Assembly (NCBI GenBank): GCA_963697335.1
Contig: CAVONQ010000014.1
Location: 96,001 to 160,000, forward strand
Length of the DNA: 64,000 bases
Source: an uncultured cyanobacterium
Lineage (GTDB): Bacteria > Cyanobacteriota > Cyanobacteriia > PCC-6307 > Cyanobiaceae
Direction: 5' to 3'
In this document: positions 18,803-29,013 of the stretch, piece by piece
How positions within the stretch are numbered: position 1 is the stretch's first letter
Layout of the letters: each line of letters opens with the position of its first letter
Translations under genes and position numbers: made by a program
Notes under the pieces: model-generated
Told to the model about the DNA's origin: nothing
Database searches by the model: none
What the model saw: only the letters and a program-made list of their open reading frames with translations

Positions 18803-20156
18803 GGCTGCGGTGCAGGCTGAAGACGATGATGAGGCTGTTGCTTGAATATCACTTTCGACGCTGACGAAGAACTGGACAGTCCGCTTCGACCAAGGGGTCA
18901 TCCATGGTGGGACAAAGACTTAGGCGCAGCAGAAGATTTACAGTAGAAGCGTTTACCTCGGAAGTACTTTCCGCACGATAGGCGAACCTTCAATGTAATC
19001 CTATGGTCAACCCAGCAAGAACGGAATGCGAATGAGCTCAAAGTTGCGTGATAGGAATAGCTTTGCACCTCTCTGACAATGGGGCAACAGAAGTTTGGAG
19101 GTGGTCGCGATGCGCCGCGAAAGCGGACTGACTGGGCCCAGAGCTCATCAAACGGCTGTCACCCAAGTCGTGACTGGGTCTGCAGGGGGCGTGCGGTCGG
19201 CTGATGCGTTTCTGCTTGGGCACGAAAATGCCCTTGCCAAGCCCCCCTCCCAGCCTGATCAACGTTCGTCGGATAGGCCCAATTGGCAGCGCCACCTGAA
19301 ACGTGATGGTCAGAGTACGTTGGGTAGAATGGGTTCACAAGTGCTGGCCGTAGCGAACGGGGCCACTGGGAATCGTTAGCCGTTGCCAGGAGCGACAGGC
19401 ATGACCAACTGCGTTGCGACTTTCTCCCGCTGTAGGCCTGCAGCTGCAGAGCAGGATCCCTGGCCTTCTGATCTGCTATCAACAGCGACAGGCCTGCAGG
19501 TGGAACAGCACCATCGCCGCGATAGATCCCATGGCAGCGAGAGGCACACCTCTGAGGGAGTCATCTGAGTAGCGCGCATGGAAATCCGCATGTCGCGAGT
19601 CGGCACGAAACGATGGGCAGGATGAACACCAGCGCCGCCCACGGTCGCAGGGGCAACCATCGATTCAGCTTTAAGCCAAAGAGAAGCGTTGGCAGGCCGG
19701 TTGGAGAATAGGAGGAAGAGCGTAAAGGGACCTTGATCCCAGCAAAGAACATACAGACCAACTCTTTTTAGGCAAAAGACAGCGACACTGAGGACATAAT
19801 AAAACCTGCCGATGATTCTTTTTGGACGGGCTGAGGCAAGCGAGCACTGGGGAATCGGGAACCCAGCCATCTGAAATGGAAACCAGCTGACGCATTTAGA
19901 TCAGAGATATACGGATTCCTGAACAACACAAGATTCAGGTATTTGTGGCTTTGCTGATCCAGCCAGGGCTCGTCTTGACAAGCGCAGCACCGACAGATAA
20001 CTTGCATTCTTGAGGGCCTAGGACTCCCCGAGCTCGCGTCACGTTGACGCCTCAAGGGATGTTTCCTGTCGCCTCAAATATGCTTCAATAGACCGCTCAC
20101 TATTCACTCGAATCTTTTGCCTCACGCCCAATCAGTTCCAAATTGCCAGCAACAAC

Positions 20157-22838
20157 GTGCACCTCTCAGACCTCACGCCCACCGAGAGCATCAACGGCTG
20201 GGGGCCTTACGAAGTCGACCGCAGCAACGGCGAGCGTGGTGCCAATGATGGCCGAACTCTCACCCTGAATGGCGTCACCTACGCCAAGGGCCTCGGTGTT
20301 CATTCCTTCTCATCGCTCACCTACGCCCTCGACAACCGTTTCAGTCGCTTCCAATCCTTCATCGGAGTCGATGATGAAGTAGGCAACTTTGGGTCAGTGA
20401 ACTTTAGAGTTCTTGTCGATGGACAGGAGATCTTCAGATCAAACACCCTTACAGGATCATCACCTACCCAGGCCATTGATCTTGACGTTTCGGGGAAACG
20501 GACTCTCCAATTGATCGTTGACAATGCCGACGGCAGGAGCGATTTCGACCACGCCAACTGGGCTGACGCCAAGCTGGTCAGTGCCCCGACCTCCCCTGCC
20601 ACCCTTCCCTCCATCAGTCTGGCCCTGGCCCCCACAGCCGTCCAGGAGGATGGGAGCCAAAACCTTGCTTACACCTTCACCCGCACAGGCGACACCAGCT
20701 CAGCTCTGAAGGTCAACTACACCGTCCGTGGGAGCGCCACCAACGGCACGGACTACTCCGGCATCAGCACCGCTGGGGCCACCAAAGCCGTCACCTTTGC
20801 CGCTGGCGCCACCAGCGCCGTTGTCACCGTTAATCCCACAGCTGATACCACGGTGGAGGCCAACGAAACCGTTGTCCTCTCGCTCGCGGCCGGCACCGGC
20901 TACACCATCGGCACCCAGGGCGCCGTCACCGGGACCATCAGGAACGATGACGTAGCCGCCCCGACACCAACACCATCACCGGCACCAGCACCGACCACAA
21001 CGTCGAGTCAGGTCAGCCTGCTTGACAGAGCTGGCGTAGGAGTCAACGGACGGGTCTATAACGATAATCAACCTGTCGAGCTTGGCATGGCCTTCAGTGT
21101 TGCCAGCAATGGCAAGATTGGAGAGCTGAAGTATTGGCGTGCCGCCGAGGACGCCAACGACACAGATGTGCGCGACATTCGCCTTTGGCGCAGCTCCGAT
21201 GGAGCCCTACTCTCATCCGCTAAGATCACATCTACCCCAGGTCAATCTGGGTGGCAGCGGGCACGCCTCAGCACTCCTGTTGATGTCGTGACAGGCCAGG
21301 AATACATCGTGTCCTATAGGACAAACGACAATTACTACGCGACAACTAACTTTTTCAGCCCTGCCAACGAAGCTGCCTTTGACGGCAGAGACGATAATAC
21401 CTTTAGCGACCCATCCGGAGTCATCCGTACTCCCCAGACTGGCGGAAGTTCAAGGAACAGCCTGTACAGCTATGGGAGTGCTGTGACACGTCCCAACCAA
21501 AGTTTCTCAGGATCAAATTACTGGGTTGATGCTGGCTTCTCCCCGCTCAGCACCTCTGAGCCTCCCAAGGAGAACAACAGTGCCGGTTCGCCGGCCTCCA
21601 TCAGCCTGGCCCTGGCACCCGCTGCGGTTCAAGAAGATGGCAGCGCAAATCTCACCTACACCTTCACGCGCAGTGGCAACACCAGCTCAGCACTGAGCGT
21701 CAACTACACCGTAGGCGGTACCGCCATCAACGGGAGCGACTACACCGGCATCAGCACCAGCGGGAGCACCAAGACTGTCAGCTTCGCCGCCGGCTCGTCC
21801 AACGCGGTTGTCAACGTCAATCCCACAGCAGACACCACAGTTGAAGCCGACGAAACCGTGGCCCTCTCCCTGGCAACAGGCAATGGCTACGGCATCGGCA
21901 CAACTGGTGCTGTCATAGGCACCATCAGCAATGACGACGTTGCGACGCCAACCCCGCCCTCCTTCCCGAGCGATGTGAGCATCCCCAGCAATGGCTGGTC
22001 GGTGAACGAAAACAATGTGGGCCTGGCGCAGTTCGGGATTGAGGGCGAATCTCTACCTGTCTACACCGGGCCCTATGAAATTCCAGCTGGCAGCGTGATC
22101 ACAGGCATGCGCTTCACCAGCCCTGTAAGCCTTTACCAGGGCAACATCACGATCGAAAAAAGCATCTTCCAGCCCACAAGTGCTGGTCGCGGCCTACCAA
22201 TCGTGACAACGACGAACTACAACGGCAATTACGAGTCTGCCAAGGGCAAGGTGGTGATCCGTGACAGTGAGTTCGACGGCAGCAAGCTCAACACCGAAAC
22301 CGCTGGCTGGGCCACCGCGTTCATCGGCGTTGCAGACCTCCAGCGCAACTATGTGCACGGCTTCGGAAGTGGCTTTGCATTAATGAACACCGGCAGGCAA
22401 TTTGACTCACTCATCGAGGGCAACTACATCACAAGATTGATTGCGTTTGGCAATCCAGCCACCACTGGCAACCACAATAATGCCTTCACCATCCGCGACT
22501 TTAGTGATGCCCAGCGCTCCGATCGCCGAGCCATCGTTCGGGGCAACCGCTTCGTTGCTGACTCCAACAACACCACCAGTGCGTTCTTCATCCAGGCCAA
22601 CACCGGACGAATTGACAACGTCAGCGTCGAGAACAATCTTCTTGAGGGCAGGGGTTACAACATTGGCCTGGAATCCAACAATGGGGGCTACAGCAATGTG
22701 AATGTCAGCAACAACCGTTTCAACCCCACTGGTTTTGGCGCCGCCTACGTCAATGGCGGCCCTGGGTGGAACAGCTGGAGCAACAACTTCCGTTACAACT
22801 CTGCCAACCCGAACGGAGCAGGAGCTGCCATCCTCTAG
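20157..22838 (+). CDS. surface/adhesin-like mosaic: NPCBM-NEW2, Calx-beta, DUF4082, Calx-beta, beta-helix
   Basis: HLSDL..NGWGPYEVDRSNGE..KGLGVH..DHANWADA (NPCBM); two Calx-beta repeats ending TI.NDD; VELGMAF..GWQ..SNYWVD (DUF4082); Asn/Gly-rich beta-helix C-terminus. Confidence 0.8.
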   Translation: MHLSDLTPTESINGWGPYEVDRSNGERGANDGRTLTLNGVTYAKGLGVHSFSSLTYALDNRFSRFQSFIGVDDEVGNFGSVNFRVLVDGQEIFRSNTLTGSSPTQAIDLDVSGKRTLQLIVDNADGRSDFDHANWADAKLVSAPTSPATLPSISLALAPTAVQEDGSQNLAYTFTRTGDTSSALKVNYTVRGSATNGTDYSGISTAGATKAVTFAAGATSAVVTVNPTADTTVEANETVVLSLAAGTGYTIGTQGAVTGTIRNDDVAAPTPTPSPAPAPTTTSSQVSLLDRAGVGVNGRVYNDNQPVELGMAFSVASNGKIGELKYWRAAEDANDTDVRDIRLWRSSDGALLSSAKITSTPGQSGWQRARLSTPVDVVTGQEYIVSYRTNDNYYATTNFFSPANEAAFDGRDDNTFSDPSGVIRTPQTGGSSRNSLYSYGSAVTRPNQSFSGSNYWVDAGFSPLSTSEPPKENNSAGSPASISLALAPAAVQEDGSANLTYTFTRSGNTSSALSVNYTVGGTAINGSDYTGISTSGSTKTVSFAAGSSNAVVNVNPTADTTVEADETVALSLATGNGYGIGTTGAVIGTISNDDVATPTPPSFPSDVSIPSNGWSVNENNVGLAQFGIEGESLPVYTGPYEIPAGSVITGMRFTSPVSLYQGNITIEKSIFQPTSAGRGLPIVTTTNYNGNYESAKGKVVIRDSEFDGSKLNTETAGWATAFIGVADLQRNYVHGFGSGFALMNTGRQFDSLIEGNYITRLIAFGNPATTGNHNNAFTIRDFSDAQRSDRRAIVRGNRFVADSNNTTSAFFIQANTGRIDNVSVENNLLEGRGYNIGLESNNGGYSNVNVSNNRFNPTGFGAAYVNGGPGWNSWSNNFRYNSANPNGAGAAIL
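20610..21944 (+). repeat. two diverged internal Calx-beta coding repeats (about 20610-20957 and 21597-21944)
   Basis: SISLALAP.AVQEDGS.NL.YTFTR.G.TSSAL.VNYTV...NPTADTTVEA.ETV.LSLA.G.GY.IGT.GAV.GTI.NDDVA present twice. Confidence 0.9.
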
Positions 22839-22866
22839 CTGAGGACCGAGGCCTGCCAGGCCTCGT

Positions 22867-24009
22867 TCATAACGGCTGCTTTGGGGAGATACCGGCGAGG
22901 CGAAGCATCTGAGCAGCACGGTTTGACCAGCCGTGCTCTCTGGCCAGCCGCTGGCGCTCTTCGGCGTCGGCCGGCGAAGGCGGTGTCGCGATGCACGCCA
23001 CCACGTGGGCTGCAAACGCCTCCGGCCCTCCGGCCAGACGGATGTGCTCGGTCGCCAACCAGCGCGAGGCATCCAGGTCCGTGGACACCACCGGCAATCC
23101 CGCAGCGAGATAGTCCAGGGTTTTGAGAGGAAAGCTGGCCTGGTTGAAGGGCGTGGTGCGATACGGAGTCAATCCCACGCGCACCGCACGCAATTCTTCC
23201 GCCACCCGTTCGGGGGGCATCCGCCCCAGCCACTCCACCCCCGGGCAAGCCAGCAGCTGATCCAACCGACTCCCGTAGTCAGGGTCGCGATCGGCACGAG
23301 GGCCCAGGACCCGCAGGTGCACGCCGGCCGCCACCACTGCCTCAAGACAGGCCAGATCAAGCCGCTCGTTCAGCTGGCCGATCAGGATCGCCACCGCGTC
23401 AGATCCATGGGGTGGCGCACCGGGGGACGGCGCTCCGTTAGGCAGCATCTCAGCAGGCACACCCTCCGCCCCCAAGGAGCGGAGCTGCTGGAGAAGCACC
23501 GGAGCCACCGCAGCCACGGCGTCCGCCTCGCGGGCGTTGGCCGCCATCACGCAGCGCACCCAGCGCCGCGAGAGTCCCATCAGGCTGGCGCCGGCCAGCC
23601 AGTCGTCTGTGGCGAACAGGATGCGCTGACCGCCAAGGCGGCGGGGAAACCGTGTCACCGGGTTGGCTACCACCACCGCCGCCGATTCAATCCCCGCGGG
23701 GAGAGCGCGCCGCAGCGTCCACCACTGCAGCAGCCTGGTGATCAGACGACCCGGCGGCTTGGTGAACAGGGGTGGGGCCGGCACTCGCACACGGAGAACC
23801 TGCGGCAGCACCTGCTCGATGGCAGGAGGCTTCCCCCGCAGCCAGCCGGCCCACTGGCCGCGGTGCGGGGAGTCGACGTAGATGACGGGGTGGGCGAGGG
23901 CGATCGCCTCCACCATGCGGCGTTCGTTACCGGGCAAGTCGTCCCAGCCGACGCCGGAAAGCCACACGATGGGGCCGCCTCTGGTGGGGGCTATGGTGAG
24001 GTCAGTCAT
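22867..24009 (-). CDS. glycosyltransferase, GT4/TuaH-like
   Basis: TDDWLAG, LPNG, IGQLNERLD, FPLKTLDYLAAGLPVVSTD, W.NRA. Confidence 0.88.
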   Translation of the reverse strand: MTDLTIAPTRGGPIVWLSGVGWDDLPGNERRMVEAIALAHPVIYVDSPHRGQWAGWLRGKPPAIEQVLPQVLRVRVPAPPLFTKPPGRLITRLLQWWTLRRALPAGIESAAVVVANPVTRFPRRLGGQRILFATDDWLAGASLMGLSRRWVRCVMAANAREADAVAAVAPVLLQQLRSLGAEGVPAEMLPNGAPSPGAPPHGSDAVAILIGQLNERLDLACLEAVVAAGVHLRVLGPRADRDPDYGSRLDQLLACPGVEWLGRMPPERVAEELRAVRVGLTPYRTTPFNQASFPLKTLDYLAAGLPVVSTDLDASRWLATEHIRLAGGPEAFAAHVVACIATPPSPADAEERQRLAREHGWSNRAAQMLRLAGISPKQPL

Positions 24010-25265
24010 GGGGAGGTCCTCCTGGTGCGGTCGGCGTTCTGGCGGGTCACGGGCCTGGCGTTGAAATCATCGGTGCGCTGCCGGCCCGCCAGCTTCCGCC
24101 ACCACTCGCCCGCCCCATAGGCGGCAAAACGCACGCCTGCCGCCAGATTCGCCGCCAAAGCGCCCTGCCGGGCTGGCCGCTCGAGGGCCTGCTCGTAGAG
24201 GCCAACCTGGATCCTGGCCGCTCGGGAGAGGGAGAAGCGCTCCACCGCCGTGGAGCGGCCGAAGTCGCCCAGCTCCTGCCTTAACGCCGTGTCGGCAAGC
24301 AGGGGCTGAAGCTCCAGCAGCAGGGTGGCGACACCGTCGCAGGCCGGGCCCCCGATGCCGTAGAGGCCGGTCCACAGGAAGTCGGCCAGGCTGTCGGGGG
24401 TGAGGGTGCGCCAGAACCCCAGCTCACCCTGAACGATCAAGGGCTTGCGAAACGCCATGGCCCGCAGGGCCGAGCCTCCCATCCCCAGGGCGATGTCAGC
24501 GGCCGCATAGGCCGGGCGCGGATCCTCCATCGCTCCCGTGAGGATCACCGTTCCGGCCCCACACCTGCCGTTCACCTGGGCAGCAAGGACCTCCACCTCA
24601 GGCCGCGCCGGGCCGTCCCCAACCAGAACCAGCCTGAGCCGCTGGTCGGAGCTGGTCTCGCCGATGGCGCGGATCGCTGAGAGGGTGCCCTCCAGCTTCA
24701 GCTCCCTGGACAGGCGGGCCACCGCCACCACGGCAATGGCGTCGTCAGGGATTCCCCAGCGGCGGCGAAACGCTGAGGCCTGGGCCTCGCAGGGGGCGTT
24801 GTGGTCGGTGTCAACCGGGGGCTCGAGCACCGACACCCGGCGGCGGCCGGCCTGGCGCTCGGCCTCGGCAATTTCCTCGGTACCCACCACCAGGTCGCGA
24901 TGGTGAGGAATGAACGGGGCGACGGCCATCGACATCACCGTGGTGATCACCCGGGTGGCCGGCCTGAGCGCAGCGGCCAGCTCCGCCTCCAGGGCAGGGG
25001 GCCATTCGTAGCCGTGCACGATGTCGATGCGTCGCTGCCGGGCGAGGCCCGCGATCGCCGCCACGATGGACAATGTGGGCCGCCGCCGGGGACGGGGGGA
25101 CTCGACGAAGCCCAGCCCCAAGTCCCGGATCCGGCTGAGCAGCTGGCCGGAGCGACCAAACACCACCACCTCATGGCCACGGTCCCGCACGGCAGCAGCC
25201 AGCTCGATGGCATTCAACTGGCTGCCTCCCAGCTCAAGGCTGTGGGGAATCACCATGATCCTCAT
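24006..25265 (-). CDS. glycosyltransferase family 4
   Basis: PHSLELGGSQLNAIELA, DIVHGYEW, LVGDGP, AMAFRKP. Confidence 0.88.
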   Translation of the reverse strand: MRIMVIPHSLELGGSQLNAIELAAAVRDRGHEVVVFGRSGQLLSRIRDLGLGFVESPRPRRRPTLSIVAAIAGLARQRRIDIVHGYEWPPALEAELAAALRPATRVITTVMSMAVAPFIPHHRDLVVGTEEIAEAERQAGRRRVSVLEPPVDTDHNAPCEAQASAFRRRWGIPDDAIAVVAVARLSRELKLEGTLSAIRAIGETSSDQRLRLVLVGDGPARPEVEVLAAQVNGRCGAGTVILTGAMEDPRPAYAAADIALGMGGSALRAMAFRKPLIVQGELGFWRTLTPDSLADFLWTGLYGIGGPACDGVATLLLELQPLLADTALRQELGDFGRSTAVERFSLSRAARIQVGLYEQALERPARQGALAANLAAGVRFAAYGAGEWWRKLAGRQRTDDFNARPVTRQNADRTRRTSP

Positions 25266-26596
25266 GGGTTGCTCCCCATGCCAACGCTCAACAGGGGGCG
25301 GACGAACAGTCTGCTCGGCCGCTGATGCGCCAGCCTGGTGAATTCAGGGCCCCCAAGAGAAGCAATCGCAGCGATAGTGACATAGAGAAACACAAATGAC
25401 TGATCATAATAAGCAATGGCAAGAGAGCTTGTCACATGGGAAAATAACGAGACACCAAGAGCCCAGTATAGAAAGGCATAGTCGGGCCTTTTTCTCTCCA
25501 TCAAATGCACTGACTGTCCAACCAAAGAAAAGCACTTGGCCAGCAGGATCACAAAGAGGATCAATAGCGGCAACCCACCAAGAACCCCTAGCAACAGGTA
25601 GTGATTAGTGATGTCGGTATGATTGGGGCTCCAGCCCACTCCGCTGGCAATCCAATGCCTGGTGAAGTCGGTTCCAGCCAACCACCACTCACCAAGATGT
25701 TCCATGGACGCCTCAATCAATCGGGCCCTGTGCCAGCCGGTGCTACCGCCGGTGAGATCAATCCGCGCCATCAGGTAATACGGGGGTGTCGTCATGATCA
25801 CCATCAGCAGCCCATAGGCAGCCAGGGCAGCCCAGCGGATTGTGGACATGGCAGCACGAATGTTCCAACACAGCAGCCCGACCACGGCCACCATGGCGCT
25901 CATCAGAGGTCCACTCGAAGCACTGGCAATCACCATGGTGACCGCGGCAAAGGCCCCTACCAAAGCCGCTCCCCGGCGCAAGTTCCACAGGCCAACGCAC
26001 AGCGGCAGCATGGCGCCCCCGACCGTGCCCGCCAGGATGGCGTGGGCAAAAGGGCCCTGGGCACGAACCCGTCCCCCGCGAATGTCGGGAACGGCGGGCA
26101 CGCCGCCGAGGTAGGAGAACAGGTTGCTGGCTGTGAGCTTCTCGTAGACCATCATCAGGGCCACCGGCAGCAGCAACCAGGCCACGACGCGGCAGAGGAA
26201 AATCAGATCGGCCGGGCTGCGGCAGAACGCGCGCAAGAGGATATAGGTGCCCAATGCGTTGAAGACCAGGCCGCCGTTGAAGGTGAGCGTGGCAACCGGG
26301 TCGGGGCGAAAGATGCTGGCGGCTAGCGCCAGGCACGACCACACCAGCATCAGACGATCCAGGGGGCTGGCTGGCAGGCCGCGATACTCACCGAGGACGA
26401 TGAGACGCACGAAGCCGGCAAGAATGACCAGCCGGATCGAAAAGAAGTTGAAGGGCCCCAGCATCACCCCCTGGGCCAAGGTGGTGTAGCAAGCCATCAC
26501 CAGAATGGGCACTGGAGCCCAGCGACGCGGAACCACCAGAATGGTTGGCAAAGCAACCACAAGCAGAACGATTCCTGGGAGTGTGAGGGGAAGCAT
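25262..26596 (-). CDS. wzy: Wzy polymerase / O-antigen ligase family membrane protein
   Basis: about 10-12 TM segments; R.QGPFAH.ILAG, SSGP, HTDITNHY; location in cluster. Confidence 0.7.
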   Translation of the reverse strand: MLPLTLPGIVLLVVALPTILVVPRRWAPVPILVMACYTTLAQGVMLGPFNFFSIRLVILAGFVRLIVLGEYRGLPASPLDRLMLVWSCLALAASIFRPDPVATLTFNGGLVFNALGTYILLRAFCRSPADLIFLCRVVAWLLLPVALMMVYEKLTASNLFSYLGGVPAVPDIRGGRVRAQGPFAHAILAGTVGGAMLPLCVGLWNLRRGAALVGAFAAVTMVIASASSGPLMSAMVAVVGLLCWNIRAAMSTIRWAALAAYGLLMVIMTTPPYYLMARIDLTGGSTGWHRARLIEASMEHLGEWWLAGTDFTRHWIASGVGWSPNHTDITNHYLLLGVLGGLPLLILFVILLAKCFSLVGQSVHLMERKRPDYAFLYWALGVSLFSHVTSSLAIAYYDQSFVFLYVTIAAIASLGGPEFTRLAHQRPSRLFVRPLLSVGMGSNP

Positions 26597-26626
26597 GGTC
26601 GGACTACATGGATCGCATGGAGATGA

Positions 26627-28489
26627 TCAACTCACTCTGGGGGACTGACCCGCCCCGGGGCCAAAAAACTCCTGGTACCAAACCTCCAGGCAGAGCAGGG
26701 TCCAGAGCCGGATCTCCTCGTTAGCCCGCCCCTGGCGGTGACGCTCGAGCAGTTGGCGCACCAGGGTGCGATCAAACACCTGACAGGCAAACGAATCCTT
26801 GGACGTGAGCGCATCCCACGCAAAGGCCTCAAGCCCGCCACGGAACCAGGCATCGAGGGGCACCTTGAAGCCCACCTTGCGGCGATTGACGATGTGCTCG
26901 GGGAGGTAGCGCAGCGCCACCTGCTTGACCAGCCACTTGGTGGTGCCGTTGCGCAGTTTCAAGCTTGAGGGCAGCGAAAAAGCGAGTTCCACCATGGCGC
27001 GATCGAGGAATGGGGGCCGCAGCTCCGATGAAGCCGCCATCGACATGCGATCCCCCCGTTCCAGCAGGTTGTCGGGCAACCAGCTCTGCAGATCAACCAG
27101 TAGCATCCGGCGCAGGGCGTCCCCGCGCGGCGGCCGCATCCAGCCCGGGGCTGGGTTGCTCGGGGCGGCCATGAGCAACGCCTGACGCTCGGAGGCGGTG
27201 AAGGGTGAGAACCAACCGCGAAAGCGACTGCTGGCGTCGCGCTCGGCCAGGGCCCGCAGGGCCACACGCAGGCGGCCCGCCGCAGGCGGCAGGCAGCGTT
27301 CAATGGCACCCAACAGGGCCGCACGGAGGGGGGTGGGAACAACCCCGGCCCATGCAGAGAGCTGGGCGTAGCGGTGTTTGGGGTAGCCACCGAACAGCTC
27401 ATCGCTGCCTTCGCCGGAGAGCACCACGGAGACGCTCCGCCGGGCCACTTGAGCAAGGCGAAACACGGCGATGTCGGCAGGTTCAGACATCGGTGCATCG
27501 CGGTGCCAGGTCAGCTGATGCCAGAGACTATGAAAGTCGCTGGGGGTCACTGTGACCTCGCGATGCTCCGTGCCAAGGAGTTCGCTCACCTGCCGTGCAT
27601 AATCCAGTTCATCAACGCGTGGATCCCCAAATCCAGCTGCGAATGTGCAGACTCCTTTCCCCTGGCGCAGCTCACTGATCATCGCCACGATCAGGCTGGA
27701 ATCCACGCCCCCACTCAAGTAGGCACCCACCGGAACATCGGCCACCAGGGAGCGGTCCACCGCCCCACGCAGCGTCTCAGCCAGCTGTTGCACCGCCTCG
27801 TCAGCAGTGGCTGGGATGGCGCTCGGCGCTGGAACCTGCCAATAACGACAGGGGGGCTCGATGCCCTGCTCACCCACCCGCAGCAGGTGGCCCGGCGGCA
27901 GTTTCCTGATGCCATGGAACAGCGTGTAGGGCGCGGGCACGGCCCGCTGGCTCAGGTAGGCGTCGAGGCTGAGGGTGTCCACACTGACGGCCGGAATGGC
28001 GGGCAGAAGGGCCTTGATCTCCGAGGCGAAAGCAAACAGCCTGGCGTCGACGTAGTAGTAGAGCGGCAGGATCCCCATGCGATCGCGAGCCAGCCACAGA
28101 CTGCCGTCGCACATATCGTGCAGCCCGAAGGCAAACTGTCCTTCCAGCTCAGAAAGGCCGGCAGCGCCGCGAGCCCCGTAGCAGGCCAGGATCGTCTCTG
28201 TATCGCCGTCGGTCCGGTAGGGGTAGGCGACTCGCCTGCGCAAGTCGAGGAAGTTGAGGATCTCGCCGTTAAAGGTGAGATGGCAGGCGCCATCCACCGA
28301 GGCCATGGGCTGACTTGAGCCATCCAGGTCAATGATCGCCAGCCGGCGATGGCCAAAGCCGACCGCCCCGCTGCTCCAGTACCCCTCGGCATCCGGGCCA
28401 CGGTGGGGGAGGCGAGCAGCCATGGCGCGCAGCAGAGAAGCCTCTACAGGACGCCCATCAAACCTGCGCATCCCGACTATCCCGCACAT
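26627..28489 (-). CDS. asnB: asparagine synthase (glutamine-hydrolyzing)-type amidotransferase
   Basis: MCGIVG, HRGPD, GHRRLAIID, NGEI, YLSGGVDSS, LSGEGSDELFGGY. Confidence 0.93.
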   Translation of the reverse strand: MCGIVGMRRFDGRPVEASLLRAMAARLPHRGPDAEGYWSSGAVGFGHRRLAIIDLDGSSQPMASVDGACHLTFNGEILNFLDLRRRVAYPYRTDGDTETILACYGARGAAGLSELEGQFAFGLHDMCDGSLWLARDRMGILPLYYYVDARLFAFASEIKALLPAIPAVSVDTLSLDAYLSQRAVPAPYTLFHGIRKLPPGHLLRVGEQGIEPPCRYWQVPAPSAIPATADEAVQQLAETLRGAVDRSLVADVPVGAYLSGGVDSSLIVAMISELRQGKGVCTFAAGFGDPRVDELDYARQVSELLGTEHREVTVTPSDFHSLWHQLTWHRDAPMSEPADIAVFRLAQVARRSVSVVLSGEGSDELFGGYPKHRYAQLSAWAGVVPTPLRAALLGAIERCLPPAAGRLRVALRALAERDASSRFRGWFSPFTASERQALLMAAPSNPAPGWMRPPRGDALRRMLLVDLQSWLPDNLLERGDRMSMAASSELRPPFLDRAMVELAFSLPSSLKLRNGTTKWLVKQVALRYLPEHIVNRRKVGFKVPLDAWFRGGLEAFAWDALTSKDSFACQVFDRTLVRQLLERHRQGRANEEIRLWTLLCLEVWYQEFFGPGAGQSPRVS

Positions 28490-29013
28490 GGCCCATGCCT
28501 CCCTGCCGGGGGTGCCGCCGACAGGGGCGCAGACCCCGGCCCCTGGATCAGATCACGAAGAGCTGTGATCAGCGACTCACTCGCATAAGCCCCAATCTCA
28601 CCGCGGGCACGGAGTTGATCCAAACCATCGAGCCTAGCCCTCAGTTCATGCTCATCCATGGCAACATTGATCTTCCCTAAAGCCATAAGATGTCGAGCCG
28701 TGGCGAGCTGGTGCTCATTCCGTTGCTCACCGAATGAGGCACGTCGGGGCATCACCAGGATCGGCTTCTGCCACTGAAGTGCCGAGAGAATCGTTCCCAT
28801 GCCCGCATGGGCAATGACGACATCCGCTGCTGTAAACCGCTGCCGAAATTCAGGCGGCTGCAAGAAGTTTGTCCATTCGATGGCAGCAGGCTGCCAATCC
28901 GTGGCACCAATCTGGGCAAAGACATCCTGCCGCGCCTTGGTCCGCGCCCAATCATCCACAACCCGCACAAGCCGATTGAAGGGCAGATCGGTTCCAACCG
29001 TCACCAAAATCAA
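28477..29013 (-). CDS. PssE/Alg13-like glycosyltransferase subunit
   Basis: MILVTVGT.LPF.RLV, VIAHAGMGTI, MPRR..GEQRNEHQ. Confidence 0.88.
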   Translation of the reverse strand: MILVTVGTDLPFNRLVRVVDDWARTKARQDVFAQIGATDWQPAAIEWTNFLQPPEFRQRFTAADVVIAHAGMGTILSALQWQKPILVMPRRASFGEQRNEHQLATARHLMALGKINVAMDEHELRARLDGLDQLRARGEIGAYASESLITALRDLIQGPGSAPLSAAPPAGRHGPCAG

